Assembly (NCBI GenBank): GCA_900617105.1
Contig: UYFQ01000036.1
Span: forward strand, 1-34,526
Source: Hydrurus foetidus
Lineage: Eukaryota
Direction: 5' to 3'
Length of the DNA: 34,526 bases
Shown: piece by piece, positions 22,801-34,526 of the stretch
How the letters are laid out: each line of letters begins with the position of its first letter
Numbering within the stretch: the stretch's first letter is position 1
Position numbers and translations under genes: made by a program
The notes under the pieces: generated by a model
Told to the model about the DNA's origin: nothing
The model's database searches: none
The model's input: the letters and a program-made list of their open reading frames with translations, nothing else

Positions 22801-25800
22801 ATATATGATCACACATTAATGCATATGGTAAGACAGTTTCAACATATATGATCACACATTAATGCATATGGTAAGACAGTTTCAACATATATGATCACAC
22901 ATTAATGCATATGGTAAGACAGTTTCAACATATATGATCACACATTAATGCATATGGTAAGACAGTTTCAACATATATGATCACACATTAATGCATATGG
23001 TAAGACAGTTTCAACATATATGATCACACATTAATGCATATGGTAAGACAGTTTCAACATATATGATCACACATTAATGCATATGGTAAGACAGTTTCAA
23101 CATATATGATCACACATTAATGCATATGGTAAGACAGTTTCAACATATATGATCACACATTAATGCATATGGTAAGACAGTTTCAACATATATGATCACA
23201 CATTAATGCATATGGTAAGACAGTTTCAACATATATGATCACACATTAATGCATATGGTAAGACAGTTTCAACATATATGATCACACATTAATGCATATG
23301 GTAAGACAGTTTCAACATATATGATCACACATTAATGCATATGGTAAGACAGTTTCAACATATATGATCACACATTAATGCATATGGTAAGACAGTTTCA
23401 ACATATATGATCACACATTAATGCATATGGTAAGACAGTTTCAACATATATGATCACACATTAATGCATATGGTAAGACAGTTTCAACATATATGATCAC
23501 ACATTAATGCATATGGTAAGACAGTTTCAACATATATGATCACACATTAATGCATATGGTAAGACAGTTTCAACATATATGATCACACATTAATGCATAT
23601 GGTAAGACAGTTTCAACATATATGATCACACATTAATGCATATGGTAAGACAGTTTCAACATATATGATCACACATTAATGCATATGGTAAGACAGTTTC
23701 AACATATATGATCACACATTAATGCATATGGTAAGACAGTTTCAACATATATGATCACACATTAATGCATATGGTAAGACAGTTTCAACATATATGATCA
23801 CACATTAATGCATATGGTAAGACAGTTTCAACATATATGATCACACATTAATGCATATGGTAAGACAGTTTCAACATATATGATCACACATTAATGCATA
23901 TGGTAAGACAGTTTCAACATATATGATCACACATTAATGCATATGGTAAGACAGTTTCAACATATATGATCACACATTAATGCATATGGTAAGACAGTTT
24001 CAACATATATGATCACACATTAATGCATATGGTAAGACAGTTTCAACATATATGATCACACATTAATGCATATGGTAAGACAGTTTCAACATATATGATC
24101 ACACATTAATGCATATGGTAAGACAGTTTCAACATATATGATCACACATTAATGCATATGGTAAGACAGTTTCAACATATATGATCACACATTAATGCAT
24201 ATGGTAAGACAGTTTCAACATATATGATCACACATTAATGCATATGGTAAGACAGTTTCAACATATATGATCACACATTAATGCATATGGTAAGACAGTT
24301 TCAACATATATGATCACACATTAATGCATATGGTAAGACAGTTTCAACATATATGATCACACATTAATGCATATGGTAAGACAGTTTCAACATATATGAT
24401 CACACATTAATGCATATGGTAAGACAGTTTCAACATATATGATCACACATTAATGCATATGGTAAGACAGTTTCAACATATATGATCACACATTAATGCA
24501 TATGGTAAGACAGTTTCAACATATATGATCACACATTAATGCATATGGTAAGACAGTTTCAACATATATGATCACACATTAATGCATATGGTAAGACAGT
24601 TTCAACATATATGATCACACATTAATGCATATGGTAAGACAGTTTCAACATATATGATCACACATTAATGCATATGGTAAGACAGTTTCAACATATATGA
24701 TCACACATTAATGCATATGGTAAGACAGTTTCAACATATATGATCACACATTAATGCATATGGTAAGACAGTTTCAACATATATGATCACACATTAATGC
24801 ATATGGTAAGACAGTTTCAACATATATGATCACACATTAATGCATATGGTAAGACAGTTTCAACATATATGATCACACATTAATGCATATGGTAAGACAG
24901 TTTCAACATATATGATCACACATTAATGCATATGGTAAGACAGTTTCAACATATATGATCACACATTAATGCATATGGTAAGACAGTTTCAACATATATG
25001 ATCACACATTAATGCATATGGTAAGACAGTTTCAACATATATGATCACACATTAATGCATATGGTAAGACAGTTTCAACATATATGATCACACATTAATG
25101 CATATGGTAAGACAGTTTCAACATATATGATCACACATTAATGCATATGGTAAGACAGTTTCAACATATATGATCACACATTAATGCATATGGTAAGACA
25201 GTTTCAACATATATGATCACACATTAATGCATATGGTAAGACAGTTTCAACATATATGATCACACATTAATGCATATGGTAAGACAGTTTCAACATATAT
25301 GATCACACATTAATGCATATGGTAAGACAGTTTCAACATATATGATCACACATTAATGCATATGGTAAGACAGTTTCAACATATATGATCACACATTAAT
25401 GCATATGGTAAGACAGTTTCAACATATATGATCACACATTAATGCATATGGTAAGACAGTTTCAACATATATGATCACACATTAATGCATATGGTAAGAC
25501 AGTTTCAACATATATGATCACACATTAATGCATATGGTAAGACAGTTTCAACATATATGATCACACATTAATGCATATGGTAAGACAGTTTCAACATATA
25601 TGATCACACATTAATGCATATGGTAAGACAGTTTCAACATATATGATCACACATTAATGCATATGGTAAGACAGTTTCAACATATATGATCACACATTAA
25701 TGCATATGGTAAGACAGTTTCAACATATATGATCACACATTAATGCATATGGTAAGACAGTTTCAACATATATGATCACACATTAATGCATATGGTAAGA

Positions 25801-26585
25801 CAGTTTCAACATATATGATCACACATTAATGCATATGGTAAGACAGTTTCAACATATATGATCACACATTAATGCATATGGTAAGACAGTTTCAACATAT
25901 ATGATCACACATTAATGCATATGGTAAGACAGTTTCAACATATATGATCACACATTAATGCATATGGTAAGACAGTTTCAACATATATGATCACACATTA
26001 ATGCATATGGTAAGACAGTTTCAACATATATGATCACACATTAATGCATATGGTAAGACAGTTTCAACATATATGATCACACATTAATGCATATGGTAAG
26101 ACAGTTTCAACATATATGATCACACATTAATGCATATGGTAAGACAGTTTCAACATATATGATCACACATTAATGCATATGGTAAGACAGTTTCAACATA
26201 TATGATCACACATTAATGCATATGGTAAGACAGTTTCAACATATATGATCACACATTAATGCATATGGTAAGACAGTTTCAACATATATGATCACACATT
26301 AATGCATATGGTAAGACAGTTTCAACATATATGATCACACATTAATGCATATGGTAAGACAGTTTCAACATATATGATCACACATTAATGCATATGGTAA
26401 GACAGTTTCAACATATATGATCACACATTAATGCATATGGTAAGACAGTTTCAACATATATGATCACACATTAATGCATATGGTAAGACAGTTTCAACAT
26501 ATATGATCACACATTAATGCATATGGTAAGACAGTTTCAACATATATGATCACACATTAATGCATATGGTAAGACAGTTTCAACA
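10886..26585. repeat. 43-bp satellite main array, 365 complete units (15.7 kb)
   Basis: Monomer CAACATATATGATCACACATTAATGCATATGGTAAGACAGTTT. Unit starts at 10886, 11101, 13681 ... 26581 all differ by exact multiples of 43; no variant unit noticed by eye. Confidence 0.99.
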
Positions 26586-26708
26586 GTGATCAACATATAT
26601 GATAACAGCCGAAATGCATCCGATAAGCAGTACGGAAGAGGAGTCAACATTAATCGCACTTCTTCGAGTTAATCTTATCAACATTAGATTACACATGGCA
26701 ATTTGTGT

Positions 26709-26754
26709 CAACATATATGATCACACATTAATGCATATGGTAAGACAGTTTCAA
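26709..26754. repeat. Isolated complete satellite monomer in the array/piggyBac transition zone
   Basis: Exact 43-mer plus CAA, 128 bp after the last array unit start (three periods would be 129). Confidence 0.9.
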
Positions 26755-26843
26755 TATTTGCTGTTTTGAGAGATATTTCTGTCCGATTCCATAACTGCAT
26801 GATAGAAAGTAGATGAATCAACAGACTTTTGATGCATATAGAG

Positions 26844-26940
26844 GTATCACATTGTTTGAGACATGTTTGCGAATACATCCTTGCGTATGAGTACCAAAAC
26901 GCTGGCAAATTTTTTATTACAGTCGTAATTATTATCATAG
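26844..26940 (+). other. Probable intron preceding the main piggyBac exon (97 bp)
   Basis: GAG|GTATCA ... ATTATCATAG|GAA; the long open frame begins exactly after this AG. The upstream exon frame is corrupted. Confidence 0.5.
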
Positions 26941-28800
26941 GAAGAAATTGTCAGAGACGAGATAGAAATTGCTGCTGAGTCATTTGAGGAAGAAAATGGG
27001 AACTTCAACGAGTTCGGCGCACCAGATCCTCTTGGAGTACCTATCGCTGAAGTACTAGCTGAACCTGTCGTCATCGTTCCTGACATTATCCCTCGTGCTG
27101 AAGCGGAGAATTGGAAAGACGTGCCTATCATTGAGAGCACGGATGAGTTAGTTGGGAGGAGAGGAGACAAGAAACAATCAATGATACCGAGCTTTCTTGG
27201 ACGCAAGTCAGGCCATCACAACTTACCAGCCAACGTATTAAAGCAACCCAATCCGATATCATTTTTCCTGATGTTCATGAATAGAGATGTAGTGCAAACG
27301 TTCTTGGATGCGACGAACGAGTATGCAGAGATGGTCGATTGCAAGTCATGGAAGATGCTAGAGGAGAAGGAGTTTCTCGCCTTTCTAGTCATCATCATCT
27401 TCATGGGCGTTGTAAAACTACCGGAGAGAGCAATGTATTGTCAGCGGGACTCCTTCGGTCAGGACTTCCCCCGAGAATTCATGTCAGCAAGGCGCTTTGA
27501 ACAGATACTCTCTCATTGGCACTGGATTGTTGTGCCTGAGAGTGAGAGAGCAGCAGCCAAGAAGGATGATCCCTTCTATCTTGTTGCTGGGTTCGTGGAA
27601 CAGCTGGCTGAAATCTCTCAAGCTTACTGGAGACTCGACCAATTCATCGACATCGATGAGATGTCCATATACTATAAGGGGAGACATAAATGCCGCTGCT
27701 ACAATCCAAATAAGCCTGAGAAGTGGCACTTCAAAGCTTTCTGCTTGAATGATGGGAGGACCGGATACCTTTGGAACTATTATCTTTACCGTGGAGCTTC
27801 TGAAGTGAGGGAAGAGGGATGGTCGGCTACAGCTTACCCTATCAAAAAGCTGACGGAGCCTTTCACCAACATAGGTCACAAAGGCAAAAACTTCGTTATG
27901 TGCACGGACAACTGGTATACTAGTTTTGAGATAGCGCAGTACCTACTGACAACTTATGGTATCCATTTTATAGGAACAATAAAGACAAATAGGTCAGGTA
28001 TACCAAAGGGTAGGATATTTACCGACAAGGGAAGAAATAAGAAACAGAGGGGAGAAATGAATATGGCTAAGACGACAATCTACGGATACGACTACTATTT
28101 CACATCATGGATGGACTCACGACCAGTGCATGGGCTATCAACTCTTCCTACGACCAAGTCAATGGTACAACGGAAAGTAAAGGAGACACCCGATGCCACC
28201 TTTAGGACCGTTCTAGTACCAAGACCCGACATGTGGAAGTGGTACAATCATGGTATGGGTGGTACTGACCTACACGATCAATTCAACAAATACTACAGAA
28301 CGACGGTAAGGTGTAACAAATGGCCAGTCAGGATCTTCACACACTTCATCACATCATGCGTTACAAATGCGTACATACTGTTCAAGAGTTTCCATGGCTA
28401 TGAGACCAAGGACTTCTCCTTGAAAGCATTCATACTGAACATTATTTCTGCGATGTCGGAAAATTATCATGATTCATCTGATGATGAGAAACAAGCAGTT
28501 GAACCTAATGACAGTGATAGTGGCAGTGATAATGAAGTCCCACAGAGTAGCGAAGATAAGAAGAGAGGAGAGTACAAAAAACGGGTGAAATTGCCTGATC
28601 ACCGTAGGCTAGACACCGAAGGTCATTATGCGAGACTGACCAGAAGCCACGAGGGACAGAAGATCAGAGACAGGGGAGCGTGCAGACTCTGTAAAGCTAA
28701 AGTTTCTACAAGATGCCACAGATGTGATGCGTATTTGTGTATCGACAGTACTAATGACCAAACTTGCTTCGAGACATTTCATATGCCATTTCATATGTAG
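26941..28800 (+). CDS. piggyBac (PGBD-type) DDD transposase, main exon (619 codons; start lies upstream)
   Basis: Acidic N-terminus; catalytic motifs DIDEM, CTDNWYTS and MGGTDLHDQ; YNPNKPEKW; C-terminal Cys-rich domain H...CRLC...CHRC...LC...CFETFH. The frame is open from 26941, 180 nt upstream of the GTG used in the ORF track. Confidence 0.93.
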   Translation, partial: EEIVRDEIEIAAESFEEENGNFNEFGAPDPLGVPIAEVLAEPVVIVPDIIPRAEAENWKDVPIIESTDELVGRRGDKKQSMIPSFLGRKSGHHNLPANVLKQPNPISFFLMFMNRDVVQTFLDATNEYAEMVDCKSWKMLEEKEFLAFLVIIIFMGVVKLPERAMYCQRDSFGQDFPREFMSARRFEQILSHWHWIVVPESERAAAKKDDPFYLVAGFVEQLAEISQAYWRLDQFIDIDEMSIYYKGRHKCRCYNPNKPEKWHFKAFCLNDGRTGYLWNYYLYRGASEVREEGWSATAYPIKKLTEPFTNIGHKGKNFVMCTDNWYTSFEIAQYLLTTYGIHFIGTIKTNRSGIPKGRIFTDKGRNKKQRGEMNMAKTTIYGYDYYFTSWMDSRPVHGLSTLPTTKSMVQRKVKETPDATFRTVLVPRPDMWKWYNHGMGGTDLHDQFNKYYRTTVRCNKWPVRIFTHFITSCVTNAYILFKSFHGYETKDFSLKAFILNIISAMSENYHDSSDDEKQAVEPNDSDSGSDNEVPQSSEDKKRGEYKKRVKLPDHRRLDTEGHYARLTRSHEGQKIRDRGACRLCKAKVSTRCHRCDAYLCIDSTNDQTCFETFHMPFHM

Positions 28801-29021
28801 CAAAACAAAATACTTAAAAAAATCTATAAATTAAATCCTTCGACACGATTTTGTATCATATCCTAAACTAAAGAATGCACTATTTCATATTTATAATGCT
28901 TTATTATTAAGAAAACACTAACACATTTAGTGACAGAGACTTTTTTTTTTTTTGAGTGGTGGAAAAAAAAAAATAGAATATAAAAAAATTTTAAACTTTT
29001 TGAAATTGTTCGAACGTTAAA

Positions 29022-32000
29022 TTCTATCATTCCGACGACTATGGGTTCTACCAATCAAACATGAGAAACGTGGAGAAGTACTTTGTTGCTATCAGATACA
29101 TCATGGAGCATCCTGACATTCCATGGCGACTTCTACGTATTCTCTCTTTGGCTATTATCTACGACTTCATGTCATTCTGCGCTCAACTACTTCGTGATGC
29201 AGTGCAAATGCAAGCTGACGAATCCCAGACAAGAGCAAATGTGATATTCACATTGAATACATATCGATCCAACGCACAGTTCTTGGATCAGATAGTCTTC
29301 CACGATGCTTTCTCTGCAATCATCAACAACATCAAACCAATGCCTCCAGCACCACAGTCTTCTTATGCATTGCAGACAAGCCCCATCACGACATCATATT
29401 CACGTATGAGTGCCATCAACAGAGAGGACCTGCTCAGTGAGACGACTGACCACACTGAAGAAAATGATGATGACAATGATGATGATGATGACGACGAGTA
29501 TAGTGACGATGAATCAGAAGGTGATGACATAGACATGACTCCACCGGGGTCATCATCTGATCATCACAGGAGATGCCAAGAAGACCTAACCCGATATAAT
29601 CACCCATACGTGATGGGTCATAAACGCAGTCTGTGGGCGTCAATCCAGACTGATACCAAGCGTCCAGCACGCAGGAAGATCATCAAAACATCAGATGACA
29701 ATGAGTTCAAGGAGACTCCTGGAACATCCAGCTCAATGCATGCTCCACCAATGCTTCAAGACCCTCCTCTTGTTAATGATGATATTGTTCCAGCACTTAA
29801 GACTGCTGGTGTACCTCGTATGATTGCACCAGTCCAATATCCAATCAAGGAGGAAGAGCAGCAGCCATTGCAACTGGAGCATCCTCCCATGGCACTCGAC
29901 TCTCAGCAATCTACACAAGATATTTTGCATCCTCCAATGGCAGATCTGGCAACCCCTGAGCCATATCGAATGCGCACTCCACCAGCCAAATCACCATCAA
30001 GGGATTCAGTGCAGCACACGTCGTGCAAAGGCAAGAGCACTGGCTGAGAAGAAGAGTCTCAACTTACTTACAGTTACAGACAAAGACAGCAAATTCATGT
30101 CATTCAAGAAGACAAGTCACAAGACAGTCATTGACAGTGGTGCATCTACATCTGGTACTGGATTGCGCAGCAGTCTCCGTGACCTTAGACCTACATCATG
30201 CAGTGTCTCAGCAGCTTTCGGGGAGACTGCCCAGCCTACTGAGATGGGACTACTCCCACCATTCATGCTCAAGACTATTGTCATCGACCAAATGAATGAT
30301 ACCACACTGCTCTCAGTGTCTCAAGCGTGTGCAAAAGGATTTGTGGGCATCTTCACCTAAGGACTGCAAGTTCTTTAATGCGATAGATGTCATCCCACAC
30401 CTTCAGACAATTTCAAAGACAGCTCACCCAGTTATGAGTGGCAAGGTAGAGGAAGGCCTCTACTTGCTGGACTCCAACTGAGTGCAACCGGCTCAACTCT
30501 TGGTCACGAGTGTAAAGGAGCTTTCGATTTACGACCACGTGCATCGCGTACTAGGACACCCTGGCGAAGAGGGTATGGCCTGGCACCGACAGCACACCAT
30601 TGGAGCACACTACTCCAACTTGGATGCATCTACACCAAGACCAATATGCGCAGCATGCGTACAGGGCACGATGCGACAGACCTCTACGGACCATCTTCGT
30701 ATACACCGTTTGCCATCTCCTTGCTACGGCAGTCAATTCTCACTTGACGCGTATACACATACACACCGGTCACAGGCCGGTTATAAGTACTGCGATATTA
30801 TCACGGACTTATCTACAAGACGAAGTTATCCATGCTTCACGAAAGACCGGGGAGCTGCAGAACTTGTTAAAAGCTTCTCCACCCTCTTCCAATCACATCC
30901 TGAGTGGAAGCCCTCGCTTCCAGGCGTAGACCGATTCATCAGAGCCGATGCAGAGAAATCTTATCGGTCAGCTGAATTCCTCAATGCCTACACAACTTTG
31001 GATATCGACTTGAGCCAACACCACCTCGCGACAAACATGCAAATGGAATCGCAGAACGTGCAGTAGGCGTCTTATCGATGAAGTGCAACATCACCATGCA
31101 ACCTTTAGGGATGACAGTACCACAGAAGTTTTGGGATCTTGCCTTTGAGTATACATGCATCACCCATGCATTCAATTACCATTCAGCAATCAAGACATCA
31201 CCGTATCATCTCATCACTGGAAAGCATGTAATCCTCAAGAACCTCAAGGCCTTTTGGAGCTTATGTTGGGTTCACATCGCGCTTGAAGATAGGAAAGGAA
31301 AAATCGGTTTTCCTCGTGCATACAAAGCCAGATTCGTTGGTTACGATTTATCGAGAACGCTCGAGCCTTGTTTTAAGGTCATCGAAATACTACCAACCGG
31401 AATCTTCGGCAAAATTAGGACAAGTAAGGACGTCATTTTCGACAAAGACAATAATTATAATTACACGGACGAGTACCCATCCGATCTTGACTTTTCTAAT
31501 TTACACCAGAATATCAATAACGATATCTCTGCAGTCCTACCAGCTAACAAGGTAGTTGAAAAAGATTCTGAACAACAACTAGCAACTCCAGCTATTCCAA
31601 TACACCCTGTACCTGTAATACCTTGCATTATTCAGAATCGAACTCCTGAAAATCCTATTCCAGCGAAAATACATCCAAATGTGATTAACAATAACAAAAT
31701 TGTTAATAAATCTGGATCGACTAATATCAAATCAACAAAACAGAATATACCGTTTGATCCAACACCAATTAGAGATACAAATAACAAATCCGACATCGAT
31801 GATAATGACATTGGTATTAATACACCGATTCAAAACATTGAAAATGACGATGCTGTCTACTGGTACTCTACTCATGTTAGAAATCACGAACATTTTCTCT
31901 CATTGATTGAAGCAAGTCATCACGAAAAACTCTTCATCAATTTCGATCAACTCAATGTGCCAAAATCATTCTGGAAAGCTATGGCTATACCTGAATGGAA

Positions 32001-33554
32001 AAACGCAATAGATACTGAATTAAAGAAATTCGAGAAGAACTCATGTTTACATGTAGTACCATACATTGACCAACACCTGGTACCAATGATGTGGCTTTTT
32101 AGTATAAAAACCGACGGTACGAAAAAGGCCCGTTTAGTGGGACGGGGAGATATGATGATACCACTCGTGGACTTCGACCCCGACGCCGTATACTGCGGAA
32201 ATGTATCATCGTGTTCCATCAAGATGGCACTAAGCATTGCAGCAGCATATGGACTAGTAATGAAAGGAGGTGACCTCATTGGTGCTTACCTCATTACAAG
32301 AGCAAATGTTAACTTCCCGGTGCACATAAAGACACCGCAGGGATACACTTGCCCACCCGGTTTCTGCTTTCAGGCTGTCGGCAATCTTTATGGATTCCCA
32401 CCTGCAGGGCAAAACTTTTCCATAGAGTTTGATATTTGTATCTTCGAGTGTGGTTACAAGAACACACCCTGGGACCTCAAGTTCTTCTTTAAATGGACCA
32501 CAGATGGTAGACCCATGCTTATCATCGCTCACAGTGATGACTTCAGATGGTTTGGTCCTTCGGACAAACTTGATGAATGGGATCTGATCATCGCCACCTT
32601 CAATGCACACAAGTATGAAGTCACTGATGCAACTGACAAGGAGTTCGTTGGTATTCGTATTCAGCGTGATGAAGATGGCACATATTATATGGATCAACAT
32701 CGCATGATTGATTCAATAATAAAAGAGGCTAATATATCTGGTGCGAAGGACATGCACTTACCATACCCGACTGGGGACCAAGAACCTGCATTGTCGAAAC
32801 TAGACAACGCTTCTACCCCTGAGGAACGTATGCAGTGTATGAAGTACCCGTACAGGAGGGTCGTGGGTCAACTAATGTACGGTATGGTACATACCATGGT
32901 CGGCATTCTGTATGCACTCAATGTACTATCCCGTTATGGTAACAACCCAGGTCCCAGACATATCAAATTCCTCAAACACTTATTGCAGTACTGCAAGTAC
33001 GCACGAAGTGATCGACTAGTGTTCCATGGACACGATGGACCCAGAGACATCGAGACTATGACAACGCTACTCAACTCCGGTTTCAATGCGATGCAGATTT
33101 GGGTGGTAATCCCGACAATAGCCACTCCCAGACTGCATACCTTGGATACCTCGGCCGTAACCTTATCTGCTGGTGTTCCACCGACCAAGGCAGCATATCA
33201 ACATCAACGGCAGAGTCGGAAATCAAGGCTGTCAACCACACACTCAAAGCAGAGGTCATAGCCAACAGAGGCATCCTAAACATGATGGGATGGGTCCAAG
33301 GTCCAACCTCTATTGAAGAAGACAACCAAGCCTGTATATACCATTCTAAGGCAGCACACATGACACGCAACCTAAGGCACCTCGACCTCACCGAAAACTG
33401 GGTCAAAGAGAAGGTTGCTGATGGTACTTGCGTAGTTGTTAAAGTTAAATCGTGCGATAATAATTCAGATATTGGTACAAAAAGAGTTTCTCTACCAATA
33501 TTTAATAAACTTCTAAATCAAATTATAGATCAGTCTCAGAGACGAAATCTTTAA
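29022..33554 (+). pseudogene. pol: Disrupted Copia-2 Gag-Pol (frameshifts near ~30015, 30357, 30983, 33073; in-frame TGA 30479-30481)
   Basis: Fragments carry VIDSGAS (PR); YDHVHRVLGHPG...CAAC, FSLD, IRAD, GIAERAV (IN); KARLVGRG, DLIGAYL, HSDD (RT); CDADLG, STAESE, EEDN, NSDIGTK (RH). The run YRRVVGQLMYGMVHT...YALNVLSRYGNNPGPRHI is shared with Copia-1. Confidence 0.92.
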
Positions 33555-33677
33555 ATAGCACTATACTAATTATGTTTTAATATTGTATTTGTCTTGATCA
33601 CACATATACTATGTTAATTCTAATATTATAAAGGTAGCTCATAAGTAAACATGCATTATTTTACACTACATCTTCAC

Positions 33678-33686
33678 TACGGGGAG
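33678..33686 (+). promoter_or_regulatory. Copia-2 polypurine tract (TACGGGGAG)
   Basis: Purine run about 125 bp after the pol stop, directly followed by TGTCA; mirrors the Copia-1 PPT/LTR junction. Confidence 0.8.
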
Positions 33687-34509
33687 TGTCAGACCACTTG
33701 ATTCTATCAAGATATGTCTGTAGTAATATAGTTGCAAATATAGTTTCAAATATATACATGTACGTTATGCGACACGTACGTACGTAAGTACACATGCAGA
33801 TATGATAACATGCACACGTACACACGTACTTACACATGTTAGTGCATACTCATTTATGCATACGTACACACATGTACTTACACATGTACGTACATAGTCA
33901 ATATGTACGTACGTACGTACGCACGCATGTAGCATAGCGTACACTTGTATGGTCACGCACACACGTACATACGTACGTGCACATGTTAGTACAAATTATT
34001 ATATGCATACGTACACACACGTACTTACACATGTATGTACATATATAATATGTACGTATGTACGATCGCCAATAGCGTAGTACATAGATGTATAGGCGTA
34101 CATACGTAAGTACCACTGTACTTACGCATGTACGTTCTTATACATACACATGCATACATACCCCTGTACTATCGCCATGTATCAGTTAGTACGAACCCTC
34201 TGACCTCACGCAAATGAACGTTCGCCTTTCATGATTCTTCAGTATCGCCAAAACACTTCGTTACTATAAGCATTCATGCAACGTTCCTCAAGCACATGCT
34301 ATGAACAACACATCTCGCTGTGAACTTTGTCTCAAGGTAGTTTCACTGTCATGAACTGTTCTGATAGCTCTTTTGCGTGGCTATCTGTAAACTCTAATCA
34401 GAATTTAATACGTTGTACTTCACAGCTTCGTCTACTCGATAGCTCACTGAATTGAGACAGTAGCCTGCAGCTGCTTCTCCACCTTCGCTGCGAACGCTAG
34501 AAGGTGACA
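33687..34509 (+). repeat. Copia-2 3' LTR (predicted about 823 bp, TGTCA...TGACA)
   Basis: Start fixed by the PPT. The end is inferred only from the terminal inverted pentamer TGACA at 34505-34509; there is no second LTR to compare. Confidence 0.55.
33745..34160. repeat. Alternating purine-pyrimidine low-complexity tract inside the Copia-2 LTR
   Basis: About 400 bp built from TACG/TACA/CATG/CACA words; degenerate unit GTACACAC...GTACTTACACATGT at ~33818, ~33865 and ~34011. Confidence 0.85.
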
Positions 34510-34526
34510 TCTTGTATTTAGTCTTA

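Larger units (their letters stand above)
26590..29020 (+). mobile_element. piggyBac DNA transposon; 5' end lost or garbled, probable 3' end at TTAA 29017-29020
   Basis: Transposase ORF, AT-rich 3' tail, then ...GTTCGAACG-TTAA, after which Copia-2 coding sequence starts abruptly. The left TIR is not visible, so the start coordinate is approximate. Confidence 0.75.
29021..34509 (+). mobile_element. Ty1/Copia LTR retrotransposon (Copia-2), 5'-truncated, same lineage as Copia-1
   Basis: PR-IN-RT-RH remnants strongly similar to Copia-1 at protein level, PPT, and an LTR start TGTCA; the 5' LTR and most of Gag are absent from the window. Confidence 0.9.

Noticed and set aside
10886..26585. CRISPR array
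   Set aside because: Pure head-to-tail 43-mers with no unique spacers, no cas genes, and a eukaryotic TE context.
10886..26585. Telomeric repeat or repeat-encoded protein
   Set aside because: Internal position and no G-rich strand. 43 is not a multiple of 3 and stops recur, so the ORF track shows no ORF in the array.
28941..28973. T13...A-run hairpin as a terminator
   Set aside because: Homopolymer runs in an AT-rich eukaryotic transposon tail; no GC stem, and not a prokaryotic context.
26708..33406. Short antisense/overlapping ORFs across piggyBac and Copia-2
   Set aside because: Shadow ORFs; only the + strand fragments carrying transposase or Pol motifs are supported.
33595..33605. TGATCACACAT match between the Copia-2 3' UTR and the satellite monomer
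   Set aside because: Only 11 bp in AT-rich sequence with no extension; insufficient to claim that the satellite derives from this element.
33765..34116. Two minus-strand ORFs rich in C/V/Y/T/R
   Set aside because: Translation products of the RY low-complexity tract.

Overview
Eukaryotic, repeat-dense DNA with no host genes; spliceosomal GT-AG introns are present. From left to right: (1) an intron-containing Mutator/MULE transposase gene cut off just after its catalytic Glu; (2) a 43-bp satellite, about 10 variant units, then interrupted by (3) a young, nearly full-length Ty1/Copia LTR retrotransposon (Copia-1, about 8.4 kb); (4) 365 further in-phase, apparently identical 43-bp units (15.7 kb); (5) a piggyBac transposase with a damaged 5' end whose element ends at TTAA inside (6) a second, diverged, frameshifted Copia of the same lineage (Copia-2, 5' half absent). 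The most novel-looking item is this Copia lineage. Both copies have an HSDD RT motif in place of YVDD and a conserved, unrecognised domain upstream of the protease. Copia-1 also has a CCCH zinc finger in place of the CCHC knuckle and five covarying bulged-A/AUCA-loop RNA hairpins in its 3' UTR. Both edges of the large array show satellite/unique mosaic sequence that looks like an assembly-consensus artefact, so array homogeneity and long-range joins need checking against reads.
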